Origin: Candidatus Daviesbacteria bacterium GW2011_GWA1_41_61
GTDB taxonomy: Bacteria > Patescibacteriota > Microgenomatia > Daviesbacterales > UBA10151
Assembly: GCA_000997385.1 (NCBI GenBank)
Contig: LCBT01000003.1
Location: 128,892 to 192,891 of the forward strand
Length of the DNA stretch: 64,000 nucleotides
Direction of reading: 5' to 3'
Shown: piece by piece, positions 8,430-17,783 of the stretch
How the letters are laid out: each line of letters opens with the position of its first letter
Position numbering within the stretch: the stretch's first letter is position 1
Notes under the pieces: generated by a model
Databases searched by the model: none
What the model was told of the DNA's origin: nothing
The model's input: only the letters and a program-made list of their open reading frames with translations
Made by a program: the position numbers and the translations under genes

Positions 8430-9512
8430 ATGAGCGGGTCAGTCTCTAAAAAATCTAAGAAAAAAGCCGGCTGGAAAAAATACCAGCTTCAAACCAAAAC
8501 CCGCCATAAAATCAACTTAGGCCTTTATGTTTTGCTGCTTATTGTAGGCTTAGTAGTGCTGGGAAAATTAATCACCTTTACTACAGGGCTCACCAAACCC
8601 TATTCCCCAGACTTGGAGGAGACCGGTAAAAACTACAATTGGAACGGAAATTCCACTTTAAATTTAGTTGTCAAATCTCAAGAGCTGTTTGTCCTCTCTT
8701 TTAATCCTGCAAGTAAGACCATGGTTGCCATTAAAATTCCTGAGGATACTTATTTAGATCTGCCTTTTAACTTTGGCCGTTGGCCGGCCAGAAGTATTTA
8801 TGATTTAGGACAGGCAGAGAAACCACCTCTGGGAGCGGCTTTACTGAAAGCCACAATTACCACCTCTTTTGATTTGCCGGTAGATGGCTATGTGGTAACT
8901 TCCGGAAATTTTGCTGACTTATCAACTGAGGAGGTGTTGGAAAAACTTCGTAAGGAGCCTTTAGGCGGGTTTAATCTGCTTCGTCAGAGCCGCTCTGATT
9001 TAAGCTTTTGGGAGATGATGCAACTGCTGCTTAAGGTGCGGGGGGTAAGAGGCGATAAGGTCAAAATCACTGATTTAGGGCAGTCTCCGATTACCAAATC
9101 GCTGCTTTTAGCTGATGGGAGCCGGGTTTTGGGCATTGATAGCTTGAGGTTAGATCAATTTCTCTCCGATCAAATCCATGATTCTTTGATGGAGGAGTCA
9201 GATTTAACTATCGGAATCTTTAATGCTACAGACCATCCTCAGTTGGCAGAAAAGGCCGCCCGGATGGTCACTAATATGGGGGGCAGGGTTATTTTTACCG
9301 CCAATGCTTCACTGAGGCGTCAAGACAGCCTGGTTTCCGGTCCGGCTTCTTATACCACCACCCGCTTGGCTCAGGTTTTTGCTCCTTATTGCTTAAAAGA
9401 TCCGTGCGCTAATTCGGAGGGAGATCCTGTTTTAAGCTCTTCCCGGGCTGAAGCTAATGTGGTTTTGGGAGAAGATTTTTTCCTTAAAACTGTTCAGCGT
9501 CCGGGGATTTAA
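8430..9512 (+). CDS. LCP-like membrane protein with LytR C-terminal domain
   Basis: Basic N-terminus, single TM, IKIPEDTY (LCP-like), IFNAT..LAEKAA and VVLGEDF (LytR_C); start moved to ATG 8430. Confidence 0.75.
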   Translation: MSGSVSKKSKKKAGWKKYQLQTKTRHKINLGLYVLLLIVGLVVLGKLITFTTGLTKPYSPDLEETGKNYNWNGNSTLNLVVKSQELFVLSFNPASKTMVAIKIPEDTYLDLPFNFGRWPARSIYDLGQAEKPPLGAALLKATITTSFDLPVDGYVVTSGNFADLSTEEVLEKLRKEPLGGFNLLRQSRSDLSFWEMMQLLLKVRGVRGDKVKITDLGQSPITKSLLLADGSRVLGIDSLRLDQFLSDQIHDSLMEESDLTIGIFNATDHPQLAEKAARMVTNMGGRVIFTANASLRRQDSLVSGPASYTTTRLAQVFAPYCLKDPCANSEGDPVLSSSRAEANVVLGEDFFLKTVQRPGI

Positions 9513-9555
9513 TATTCCGGTTTCTCCTGATATACTATAGTCTAAACTTAAGAAA

Positions 9556-10287
9556 ATGATTATTTGGTTTGCACTTTTTTTTCTTGTTTTGCTGGTTTCC
9601 TTGATTCTGGCGTATAAATCAATGGAGGATTACCGGGAAACTACTATTGGTTTAGGAGTGGATTATTCCCTGTTTTTGATCCGTCAGCCTCAGGCTTTAA
9701 CGGAACAGATTATCCAATCTCTCCATCAGGAGATTTTAAAGGAAGGGCTAATTTTGTCCTGGGAAAGGCTTTTTAAGGGGTCCAAATCAGCCTTGGTAGT
9801 CTTTGGTCCGGTTAACCTATTACAACCCTTTTCTACCCGCTTGGGTTTGTTAGAACTGGAAGATTACAGCCAGAAACTTACTCCCCAGCATCTTACAGGT
9901 GTTACCTGTTGGGAAGTAGGTACCAAACACTCTCCTTCAGCTCCCTTATCCTTAAATAATCTGTTTAAGGAATTTCCCCAACTTCAGGTTGAGGAGGAGT
10001 TTTGGTGGCAAGTTGTAGTCCAGCCTAAGCTTTCCCATTTCCAGTCGGTTATCAGGGCAGTAGTGGTGGCGGCAAACCAAAAAAAAGCTCAGGAGTTACA
10101 AGAAAGCCTTTCTAAGATTGGAGGAGAGGCAGGTTTAGCGCTTTTGCCTCAACCATATGCGGTGTCTCAGCTGGTAAAGTTTTATCAAGACAGGGCTCTT
10201 CCTCATAACTTAACTGTTATTGCCGGCAAGGGAATTTTTCCCCTTTTAACTGCTTCTGAGATTTTGGACTTGGTGGGAGCTAGATAA
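9556..10287 (+). CDS. Hypothetical protein with N-terminal TM anchor
   Basis: 243-aa ORF with a hydrophobic N-terminus. Confidence 0.7.
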   Translation: MIIWFALFFLVLLVSLILAYKSMEDYRETTIGLGVDYSLFLIRQPQALTEQIIQSLHQEILKEGLILSWERLFKGSKSALVVFGPVNLLQPFSTRLGLLELEDYSQKLTPQHLTGVTCWEVGTKHSPSAPLSLNNLFKEFPQLQVEEEFWWQVVVQPKLSHFQSVIRAVVVAANQKKAQELQESLSKIGGEAGLALLPQPYAVSQLVKFYQDRALPHNLTVIAGKGIFPLLTASEILDLVGAR

Positions 10288-11008
10288 CTTCTTCTTCATC
10301 ACCTTCATTAAAGGCGGTTTCTTCATCCTCAGCATGGACTATTAAATTAGAAGAATAGGCTAAATTAACATTTAAACCATCTAGGAATGAAGGTTGGTTT
10401 TTAAACCGGGGACAGCGGTAAACTTCTTTAATTAATATTGACAGGCTGTTGGTCTTAATATTTTTAATAATGGCTTGGTATTTATTACCTCCTCTAATAA
10501 GACGGATTAAATGGTGGGACAGATCATCCGGCAGGACTCCCAGATAATCTCCGTTTTGATCGGTAATAGCAATATAGCGGTTTTTGACTATTAAATTAAC
10601 TAACACTCCCGCCGAAAGCAGGGATAACTTTTGAGGCTCAGCTACTTTTAGGAGACCGACAATCTTAGTAGCTCCCGGCTCTTCAATAAACAGCTCACTG
10701 TTGACAGGAGAGTAATTGTGAGGCAAAGGCATTTTGTGACCCTTTTTACAAAAGGTGTCAATTCTTTTTAAAAATTTATAGGCAATTTGGTTATAGGGAT
10801 CCAATTCTAAGGCATACTGAAAGTTTTTTTTAGATTTGGTGAACTCTCCCACTTCAAAGCAGGCTCGTCCTAAGCGGTTTAAAGCATCTGTATTTTTGGG
10901 GTCTACCTCCAGAATTTGTTGGTTTAGTTTGATAGCCTCTTCCCAATTTGATGATAAAGCAGCATCGATAGCCTGCTTGAGAAGGTCAGAAGGATTTTCG
11001 TCCATCAA
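10280..11008 (-). CDS. TPR-containing protein
   Basis: N-terminal TPR helices (DPKNTDALNRLGRA, ALELDPYN); acidic tail. Confidence 0.8.
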   Translation of the reverse strand: MMDENPSDLLKQAIDAALSSNWEEAIKLNQQILEVDPKNTDALNRLGRACFEVGEFTKSKKNFQYALELDPYNQIAYKFLKRIDTFCKKGHKMPLPHNYSPVNSELFIEEPGATKIVGLLKVAEPQKLSLLSAGVLVNLIVKNRYIAITDQNGDYLGVLPDDLSHHLIRLIRGGNKYQAIIKNIKTNSLSILIKEVYRCPRFKNQPSFLDGLNVNLAYSSNLIVHAEDEETAFNEGDEEEVI

Positions 11009-11145
11009 CTAAAAGATTTTAATGAGAGTTTATTTTTTTTGCAATATATCACTTCAGTTATCACACTTCTAATTTGTTCAACCTCGGGGGTTGCATATTC
11101 ATGTCCTTGAAAAACTGGACACTAAACGCTATCATCTAAGCTTGT

Positions 11146-11928
11146 ATGAGTGGACACAGTAAGTGGTCAACAATTAAGAGACAAAAAGGGGTGGCGGATA
11201 TTAAAAGAGGCCAGACCTTCACTAAAATTGCTAATGCGATCACCATTACTGCCAGAACCGGTGGCTCTGGTGATCCCAACTCTAATCCCAGGCTTCGAGC
11301 TGCTTTAGAAGATGCCGGGAAAGTTAATATGCCCAAGGAAAATATCCAAAGGGCCATAGATAGGGGCTTAGGTAAACTTCCTGGCCAAATTTTAGAAGAG
11401 GTAATTTATGAGGGCTTTGGGCCGGGCAAAGTAGCTTTTTTAGTAGAAGGAGTAACAGATAACAAGTTAAGAACCAACCAAGAGATAAGGAACCTTTTTG
11501 AAAGGTCAGGAGGATCTTTAGGGGGACAGGGAAGTACCTCCTATATGTTTGATAAAAAAGGGGAAATTAAGGTGAAAGGTAAAGGGGGGAGTGTGGAAGA
11601 GGAAATGTTGGAGTTAATAGATTTGGGAGTTGAGGATGTGGAAGATTTTGTGGAAGAGAATATACAAAAATATTTAGTCTATACAGAAAGCCCAGAATTA
11701 AATACTATGGGTAATAAAATTACTCAGGTTGGTTTTGAAGTAGAAGAGTCAGGGATAGTTTATAAGCCTAATGTTTTAGTGGATATTCACGACCCGGAGA
11801 CAGCTAAAAAAGTGATGGATTTTACTGAAAAACTGGAATCAATGGATGATATCCAAAAAGTCTATGCTAATTTTGATGTTTCCGATAACTTATTGGAGGA
11901 AAGGCAAGGTTCTGCAAGCGAGCAGTAA
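11146..11928 (+). CDS. yebC: YebC/PmpR-family protein
   Basis: MSGHSKWSTIKRQK, YEGFGPG, TDN..RT; adjacent to ruvC. Confidence 0.96.
   Translation: MSGHSKWSTIKRQKGVADIKRGQTFTKIANAITITARTGGSGDPNSNPRLRAALEDAGKVNMPKENIQRAIDRGLGKLPGQILEEVIYEGFGPGKVAFLVEGVTDNKLRTNQEIRNLFERSGGSLGGQGSTSYMFDKKGEIKVKGKGGSVEEEMLELIDLGVEDVEDFVEENIQKYLVYTESPELNTMGNKITQVGFEVEESGIVYKPNVLVDIHDPETAKKVMDFTEKLESMDDIQKVYANFDVSDNLLEERQGSASEQ
11900..11928 (+). repeat. Dispersed repeat, copy A (forms the yebC 3' end)
   Basis: 28/29 identical to the reverse complement of 26228-26256 inside murD. Confidence 0.85.
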
Positions 11929-11930
11929 TA

Positions 11931-12482
11931 ATGATTATTTTAGGTATTGATCCGGGGACTGCTACTACTGGATATGGAATTATCAGAGTGCCTGATGATA
12001 TTTTGGGCAGAAAATTTGACTATGGTATTGGGCTTATAGATTATGGTTTTATCTCGACCCCTAAGGATTTACCCATGCCCCAAAGGCTGGTAATACTTCA
12101 TCATCAAATAGAGGATATTGTGGAAAAGTTTAAGCCCGATATAATCTCTTTAGAGATGTTATTTTTTGGAGCTAACACTAAGACAGCTATTGCTGTCGGA
12201 CAGGCAAGGGGAGTGATCATGCTATCTGCTGGCATGAGACAGATTCCCATTCATGAATACACCGGCCTTCAGGTAAAACTGATGGTGGCTGGAGCAGGGA
12301 GGGCTGATAAAAAACAGGTCCATGATGGGGTGAGAAAGTTTTTAGGTAAAAATGGGCAGAAGAGTAGAGAGCTGCTCCGGCCCATGGTAGGCTTAAAAAG
12401 GAGCCAAAAAAAGTTCTCTGATGATGCCACTGACGCTATTGCCATTGCTATTTGTCATGTTTTAAAACTGGCAGCGAAGTGA
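11931..12482 (+). CDS. ruvC: Holliday junction resolvase RuvC
   Basis: ILGIDPG, E, GQARGV, ADKKQV, DDATDAIAIA. Confidence 0.95.
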   Translation: MIILGIDPGTATTGYGIIRVPDDILGRKFDYGIGLIDYGFISTPKDLPMPQRLVILHHQIEDIVEKFKPDIISLEMLFFGANTKTAIAVGQARGVIMLSAGMRQIPIHEYTGLQVKLMVAGAGRADKKQVHDGVRKFLGKNGQKSRELLRPMVGLKRSQKKFSDDATDAIAIAICHVLKLAAK

Positions 12483-12489
12483 TGAGGTT

Positions 12490-13269
12490 ATGAATTTTAA
12501 TTTAAGCAAGCGTCATAAAATTATTCTTACTTCAATTATTTTGTCGCTGGGTTTGCTGTCTACTCAGCTTGTGCCTATCTATTTAACCTACAAATTTATT
12601 GGTGGTTTAACTATTTTAGCCTATTTGACATCCCTGTGGGCTTTATGGGAGGGGTTAGACAGGCTAAAGGCGGTAGTTTTAATGATCCTTCCTACTTTAT
12701 TTACTTTGGCTGCAGCCAGCTATTATTTCTTGTTGCCTCTCAGTTGGTGGTCCAGACTGCCGGTGGCGGTCCTTTTTGGTATAACTTTTTATACTTTGTT
12801 GCTTTCTCAAAATGTTTTTAATGTCGCTTCCATGCGGACCATCCCGCTTTACCGGGTGGCTTCAACGACTGTTTTTGTCTTAACTTTAATCACCGCCTAT
12901 CTGTTATTTAACGTCATTTTTTCTTTTAACTTAATTTTTATTTGGAATGCTTTACTGATATTTTTGTTGAGCTTTCCCTTAATCCTGCATCTTATCTGGT
13001 CAATTGAAATGGAGGGAATCACTGCCTCAATTTTGATTTACTCACTGATCCTGGCTTTTCTAGTGGCTGAACTGGGGTTGGCGCTGTCTTTTTGGCCTAT
13101 CTCTAAGGCTATGGCTTCCTTGATGCTTGCTACTACTATCTTTATTACCCTGGGTATTACCACCCATGCTTTAAGGGAGAGGCTGACCAGGGGAATAGTC
13201 TGGGAGTATGTCGGGTGGGGGGTATTAGTGTTTATTATTGCTGCTATTACTACCTCTTGGGTAGGATGA
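12490..13269 (+). CDS. Multi-pass membrane protein of unknown function
   Basis: About 9 hydrophobic segments; IPLYRVA loop. Confidence 0.8.
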   Translation: MNFNLSKRHKIILTSIILSLGLLSTQLVPIYLTYKFIGGLTILAYLTSLWALWEGLDRLKAVVLMILPTLFTLAAASYYFLLPLSWWSRLPVAVLFGITFYTLLLSQNVFNVASMRTIPLYRVASTTVFVLTLITAYLLFNVIFSFNLIFIWNALLIFLLSFPLILHLIWSIEMEGITASILIYSLILAFLVAELGLALSFWPISKAMASLMLATTIFITLGITTHALRERLTRGIVWEYVGWGVLVFIIAAITTSWVG

Positions 13270-13349
13270 GATCAAATAGAGGAGAGAGGGTACTTATTTG
13301 AGGTAATTCTTACACATAATTGATATAGTATGATATAGTTGAAGAAAAT

Positions 13350-13358
13350 TGTGGATAA
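13350..13358 (-). promoter_or_regulatory. Single perfect DnaA box
   Basis: TGTGGATAA, which is TTATCCACA on the minus strand. Confidence 0.4.
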
Positions 13359-13507
13359 GTTTATATAAAAACTATAGGGTATATTTTTATCATCAAAAGA
13401 TCATCAGTTATTTTTTTAAAGAGCAGGGCTAAATTATTTTAGAGAGGATTGAGAGTAGAGTACTCTTTTTCTTGCTTGTTACTCTCCTGAAGATATTGCT
13501 AAATTGC

Positions 13508-13523
13508 TTTTCACGCGTGAAAA
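13508..13523. repeat. 16-bp perfect palindrome
   Basis: TTTTCACGCGTGAAAA. Confidence 0.7.
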
Positions 13524-13531
13524 ATAAGCGG

Positions 13532-13567
13532 TCTTATTGTTGGGGAAGATCTTATTGTTGGGGAAGA
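13532..13567 (+). repeat. Exact 18-bp tandem duplication
   Basis: TCTTATTGTTGGGGAAGA twice. Confidence 0.9.
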
Positions 13568-13683
13568 GAGGTTTGGGGGTTTAAATGGAGGTGCCATAAG
13601 ACACAATAAGCTCTTTTTGCGGGCTCTCACCTTCAGATCCGTCTTTCTCTCCCTTCCCCTTAGGATAGGGCTCTACCCGATAT

Positions 13684-13711
13684 ATGTCGTACAATGTATC
13701 TTATGCGACAT
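13684..13711. other. dif: Putative dif site (Xer recombination site)
   Basis: ATGTCGTACAA-TGTATC-TTATGCGACAT: 11-6-11 layout, arms 9/11 inverted, core resembles E. coli dif (CATAA-TGTATA-TTATG); intergenic, 4 kb from a Xer gene. Confidence 0.75.
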
Positions 13712-14259
13712 TCTGGATGCCTAGGTCCAGGGGGAGACCCAGATTCGCCAGTTGACGAATAATTAAAGATTTAAAATTAAAGATAATAAATTATTATTAT
13801 TGTACTTAATTTTGCCACTTCCCAATAGAATTTTTTCCCAAAATTTTTTAGCTTTTACTGCTTTTACTGATGATTATTAAATATCGCTTATAAATTGATT
13901 AGGTTGTCCTAACAATCTAATCCTTAAATGATGTATCATACGTCTCACTTCCCTTCCGGCCGTTTTAGGGCCCTTCCAGGGCCTTATGCCTGAAAAGTCT
14001 CTTGAAAGCTCTACAGAGGTTAGATTAGGCTTGCCGAACAGTCGGACAGCTGGTAAAATGCTATTATTGTCTAGTTATTTGAATTTCCAACTTTTTAATC
14101 TTTTTTCAAATATCTAAGTTCTAAACCGGCTTTTTTAATCTTTCTCATGTTTCTATTTTCGTTGTCGTACAATATTTATCTCTTCCCGAATTATTGGCCT
14201 GGTAAACTGCCAGATTTTGCCTGATTGAAAACAGCGAACCTTCTTTTATGCATGGTAGC

Positions 14260-14288
14260 TTGACAACTGCCTGCTTCTACCCTACTCT
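14260..14288 (+). promoter_or_regulatory. Sigma70-type promoter of the surface-protein cluster
   Basis: TTGACA-N17-TACTCT. Confidence 0.55.
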
Positions 14289-14305
14289 AAGATTGACCAC
14301 ATAAA

Positions 14306-14581
14306 ATGGAAGATTTTAGACGGGAGTTTTTAACTAAAAATAATCTTATTGCTTTTTTATTGCTGGGTATTTTTGCTTTGTCCATACCTTTAACAGTCAG
14401 CCTGCTTAAAGAGCAGCAAAGACTAAGGTCCAAAGCTGCCGAGGAACCGCCAATTGTTTTTAAGGGAGACAGTGTTAAAGTAAACTCCACTCTGCCGATA
14501 ACAGATCCGGCTTATTACACCACCACTGATCCTACCGTCCAAGTAGAGCTAAGGTCTCCTTTGGGAGACCCAAGGCCTTAA
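14306..14581 (+). CDS. Small membrane-anchored protein
   Basis: TM followed by IPLTVSLLKEQQRLRSKAA, then a short beta-rich region. Confidence 0.7.
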   Translation: MEDFRREFLTKNNLIAFLLLGIFALSIPLTVSLLKEQQRLRSKAAEEPPIVFKGDSVKVNSTLPITDPAYYTTTDPTVQVELRSPLGDPRP

Positions 14582-14600
14582 GAGAGTAAAAGGAACGCTA

Positions 14601-16391
14601 ATGAAGCACAAATCTATTATATTTTTGACTCTAGGATTAATAACCTATGCTTCGACTTTTTTTTTAGGAATACCCACTTCTTATGCAGGCAACTGTGATG
14701 CTCAATGCACCAATGATGGCATCCATAACCCTAGTTGCCCTGCTGATAGGGATTGTACTCTTCAATGTTTTAAAAATGCCGATGGAACTTGTTGGGGGGG
14801 TGAGTGGGTAGGAGATTGCGCTTGTGGTGGGAATAATACCTGTACTAATAACTATCAATCAACACCTTTTACTGATACTTATAGTACCGGGAGCTGTACG
14901 CTTACTATTACTCATTTAGGTTGGGATCTTAGTGATAATCAGCCTGTGGGGTATAGAGATTTGGGCACTGGTACAAACTCCCATCGGGTAGCAATGAACG
15001 ATTCGGGTGCTACCTGTAAAGATGAAACCAATTTAGATTTTACTAATAATTGGAATACCAGTTCTGGTAGTAATTTCTCCATAACTACGACCATTAATTC
15101 CAAAAGCGCTGGCAATACCTTAGCTGCTGGATGGCAGTTAAATGCTTCAGGTTGTACTATTGGTGATAGTAGTACAACCCAGATTAGTCCAACTCAGGTA
15201 GTGACAAATAGTGGATCAGGGACAAGAAATTATACCTTGTACTATGGATCTCCTCCTACAATAACTTTAACTCCCACTAATACTCCCATACCTACTGCTA
15301 CTCCAACTTTGCCCCCTAATGTTACTGCTACCGCCACTCCCACCTCTACTCCTATCCCAACTCCCACTAGCACACCAACTCTTACTCCCACCCTCACCCC
15401 TACTCCGGCAATTTATACTGTCTCCTACCGCTATGGGGAAAATTTAGCTGATTTAAATCAGGCCCCAAGTTATAACTATAACAGCCAACCGATAAATTTA
15501 ACTTATACCTTTTTAAATAACACTCCCGGCATTAAGACTTTATTTGTAGAATTTACCGACAGCACCGGCCGAAAGGATGTCAGGCAAAAAAGTATTACCT
15601 TGCTTCCCCCTGTTCCTAAAATTAACAGCCTTAGCTGCAACTATGATGTCTTAACCGGAATTGGGACAATTGCCAAAATCAGCGGGGCTAACTTTGGAGC
15701 TTCAGGCAGCGCTACAGTTAAGATGGATAATCAGCTTGCCCGGATTCAATCTTGGACTGATCAGTTGACAGCTACTTCTTCAACCTCTTCTTCTGTACTC
15801 AGCAGTACATCTACGGTGATAGCCAGGGTGAGCACCAGATTAGATGGAGAAATTCCGGTAGAGATGACTTTCAATGATGGACGGCAGTTAGAGGGTAGTT
15901 GTCTGATTGATACCACCACCATTAGTTTTGCCGCTTATGCTCAGTGCGCTCCCCCAACCAACCTTTCTTTGTCCGATGTTGAGGTCACAATTTATGATAA
16001 GGAGGGTGGGAGCCGTCCTTTGTATACTCAAACCATAACTTTAAACGACAAAGGTAAACCGACCAATTTTGCCCCTCAACTAGAGATTGGCCGGGACTAT
16101 GCGATGTTTGTCAAAGCCCCCCGTTCTGTTGCCCAGCGGCTAGATTTTACAGCCTTGGAAGGGACAACAGTTCTCTCCATGTTGGAGTTGGCTGTTGGCA
16201 ACATCAGCAGCAACCGGGGAGGTTTGCCTGATGGCAGGATTGATACTTTTGATGTCTCTAAACTTTATCAACAGTGGAGTTTAATCCAAAGTGTCCAAAG
16301 AAGCGGTGATTTTAACTCTGACACCCGGGTTAACAGCGTGGATTACTCTTGTCTTATTAGCAATTGGGGCAAAGAAGATGCCAAGTTTTAG
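14601..16391 (+). CDS. Secreted modular protein: Cys-rich N-terminus, Pro/Thr linker, IPT/Ig-like domain, C-terminal dockerin-like domain
   Basis: Signal peptide; TPTP repeats; PKINSL...ISGANFG; duplicated Ca-loop-like motifs DGRIDTFDVS and GDFNSDTRVNSVDYS. Confidence 0.75.
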   Translation: MKHKSIIFLTLGLITYASTFFLGIPTSYAGNCDAQCTNDGIHNPSCPADRDCTLQCFKNADGTCWGGEWVGDCACGGNNTCTNNYQSTPFTDTYSTGSCTLTITHLGWDLSDNQPVGYRDLGTGTNSHRVAMNDSGATCKDETNLDFTNNWNTSSGSNFSITTTINSKSAGNTLAAGWQLNASGCTIGDSSTTQISPTQVVTNSGSGTRNYTLYYGSPPTITLTPTNTPIPTATPTLPPNVTATATPTSTPIPTPTSTPTLTPTLTPTPAIYTVSYRYGENLADLNQAPSYNYNSQPINLTYTFLNNTPGIKTLFVEFTDSTGRKDVRQKSITLLPPVPKINSLSCNYDVLTGIGTIAKISGANFGASGSATVKMDNQLARIQSWTDQLTATSSTSSSVLSSTSTVIARVSTRLDGEIPVEMTFNDGRQLEGSCLIDTTTISFAAYAQCAPPTNLSLSDVEVTIYDKEGGSRPLYTQTITLNDKGKPTNFAPQLEIGRDYAMFVKAPRSVAQRLDFTALEGTTVLSMLELAVGNISSNRGGLPDGRIDTFDVSKLYQQWSLIQSVQRSGDFNSDTRVNSVDYSCLISNWGKEDAKF

Positions 16392-16435
16392 GTTCCTGGA
16401 CAGTTTGTTAAAAGTGTGCTTCAATCATATATAGT

Positions 16436-17059
16436 ATGATCCTGCCAAATTTTACAGCCAGTGGTATTAAGAGACTAATTATTTTTACCGTAGCGGCGGT
16501 TATTGCCGGAGAGATAGTTTGGGCAGGTTGGGTTTTAACTCAGCCGGCAGTTAAAGTTGACCGCAAAGATGTCCCTTCAAAAGCTGCTAAGGATGTTATC
16601 AAACCAGTTTCTTTGGCGAAAGTTTCTTTAACTACTCCCCAAAAAACTGTCAAAGTTGGCCAAACTGTTCCGGTAACGATTAATATTTCTTCTTCTAAGC
16701 TCTCTGACGGAGCGGATTTGATTATCTATTATGACAGTAGACTGCTAACCGTAGTTACCTCTGGTAAACCAGCCGTACCGGTAACTGCGGGCAACGTTTA
16801 TCATGAATATCTTTTTAATGATCTGGATGAGAAGGCTGGGGTTATCTCTGTCTCAGCTGTTAACAGAAGGGGTGAGGCAACATTGGCTCGGGGGATATTT
16901 GGTCTAATTAATTTTAAAGCCAAAGCAGTCGGTCAGGCCAAGGTGGCTTTTGATTTTACCACCTTGGGGAATACCCGGGATTCTAATGTTATTGAGTCCA
17001 AAACTACTAAGGATCTGTTGGGAGAGGTTGAAAACCTGGAGGTAAATATCTTACCATGA
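16436..17059 (+). CDS. Cohesin-domain protein with N-terminal TM
   Basis: VKVGQTVPVTINI...DGADLIIYYD...INFKAKAVGQAKVAFDF...DSNV. Confidence 0.75.
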   Translation: MILPNFTASGIKRLIIFTVAAVIAGEIVWAGWVLTQPAVKVDRKDVPSKAAKDVIKPVSLAKVSLTTPQKTVKVGQTVPVTINISSSKLSDGADLIIYYDSRLLTVVTSGKPAVPVTAGNVYHEYLFNDLDEKAGVISVSAVNRRGEATLARGIFGLINFKAKAVGQAKVAFDFTTLGNTRDSNVIESKTTKDLLGEVENLEVNILP

Positions 17060-17757
17060 AGACAATGATCAAATTTAAGCTTTGGCATGTTTTGACTCTG
17101 ATATTACTTATCACCGGTAATCTATCGCTTATTGCTCTCCCTGCCTTGGCTCAAACGGCAAGCTTGTCTTTATCTCCGGCTTCCGGAACATTTAACCAGG
17201 GATGTACTTTCTCGGTTGAGATTAAGGTTGACACCGGAGGGAATCAAACAGATGGAACTGACGCCATCCTTTTTTATGACCCAACCCGCTTTACCGCTAC
17301 CGATATCAGAAATGGTACTGTTTATCAAAGTTACCCCCAAAGTAATATTTTTGATAGTGAGGGGAAAATTGCCATTGCCGGAGTAGCCTCTGTCAGTTTG
17401 CCTTTTCAAGGGGTTGGGACTTTGGCGACGATTGACTTTAAAGTAACTGATACAGCTCCTACCGGAGTCAGCCAAATCAAGTTTGATTTTGATCCTAATG
17501 ATAAGGAAAAAACCAGTGATTCCAATATTGTTGACCGGGCGACGACCTCGGATATTTTAAGTAAAGTCAGTAGTGGCAGCTATACAGTGGGAACCGGAGC
17601 TTGTAGTAAGGCAGTCAAACCTGTAGGTGGAGTTACAGATACTGATAAAGTAGCGCCTACCCTACCTCAGTCCGGGGCTTTTGAAAACACTTTAGCTTTA
17701 GCAGTGGTGGGCAGCGTCTTGATTTTAATTGGCATATTGGGGCTGCTACTGCTTTAA
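17056..17757 (+). CDS. Cohesin-domain protein with signal peptide and LPxSG sortase-like signal
   Basis: ASLSLSPASG, FSVEIKVDTGG..DGTDAILFYDP, LATIDFKV; ends LPQSG plus TM; start overlaps the upstream stop (ATGA). Confidence 0.78.
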   Translation: MKTMIKFKLWHVLTLILLITGNLSLIALPALAQTASLSLSPASGTFNQGCTFSVEIKVDTGGNQTDGTDAILFYDPTRFTATDIRNGTVYQSYPQSNIFDSEGKIAIAGVASVSLPFQGVGTLATIDFKVTDTAPTGVSQIKFDFDPNDKEKTSDSNIVDRATTSDILSKVSSGSYTVGTGACSKAVKPVGGVTDTDKVAPTLPQSGAFENTLALAVVGSVLILIGILGLLLL

Positions 17758-17783
17758 AGTCCTGTTAGGTATAGTTTGTATCT

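Noticed and set aside
13508-13523. parS site
   Set aside because: It resembles TGTTTCACGTGAAACA but has two extra central bases and different flanks.
13532-13567. CRISPR array
   Set aside because: Two adjacent 18-mers with no spacers and no cas genes.
13897-13922. DtxR-type box in GATTAGGTTGT-CCTA-ACAATCTAATC
   Set aside because: It is an imperfect palindrome, but only part matches the DtxR consensus and no gene start is adjacent.
13270-14305. oriC
   Set aside because: Only one perfect DnaA box and no dnaA/dnaN nearby; the dif-like site and strand pattern fit a terminus better. Not fully excluded.
15250-15410. DNA tandem repeat or VNTR in the TPTP region (also 58560-58650)
   Set aside because: Codons vary; this is ordinary Pro/Thr linker low complexity.
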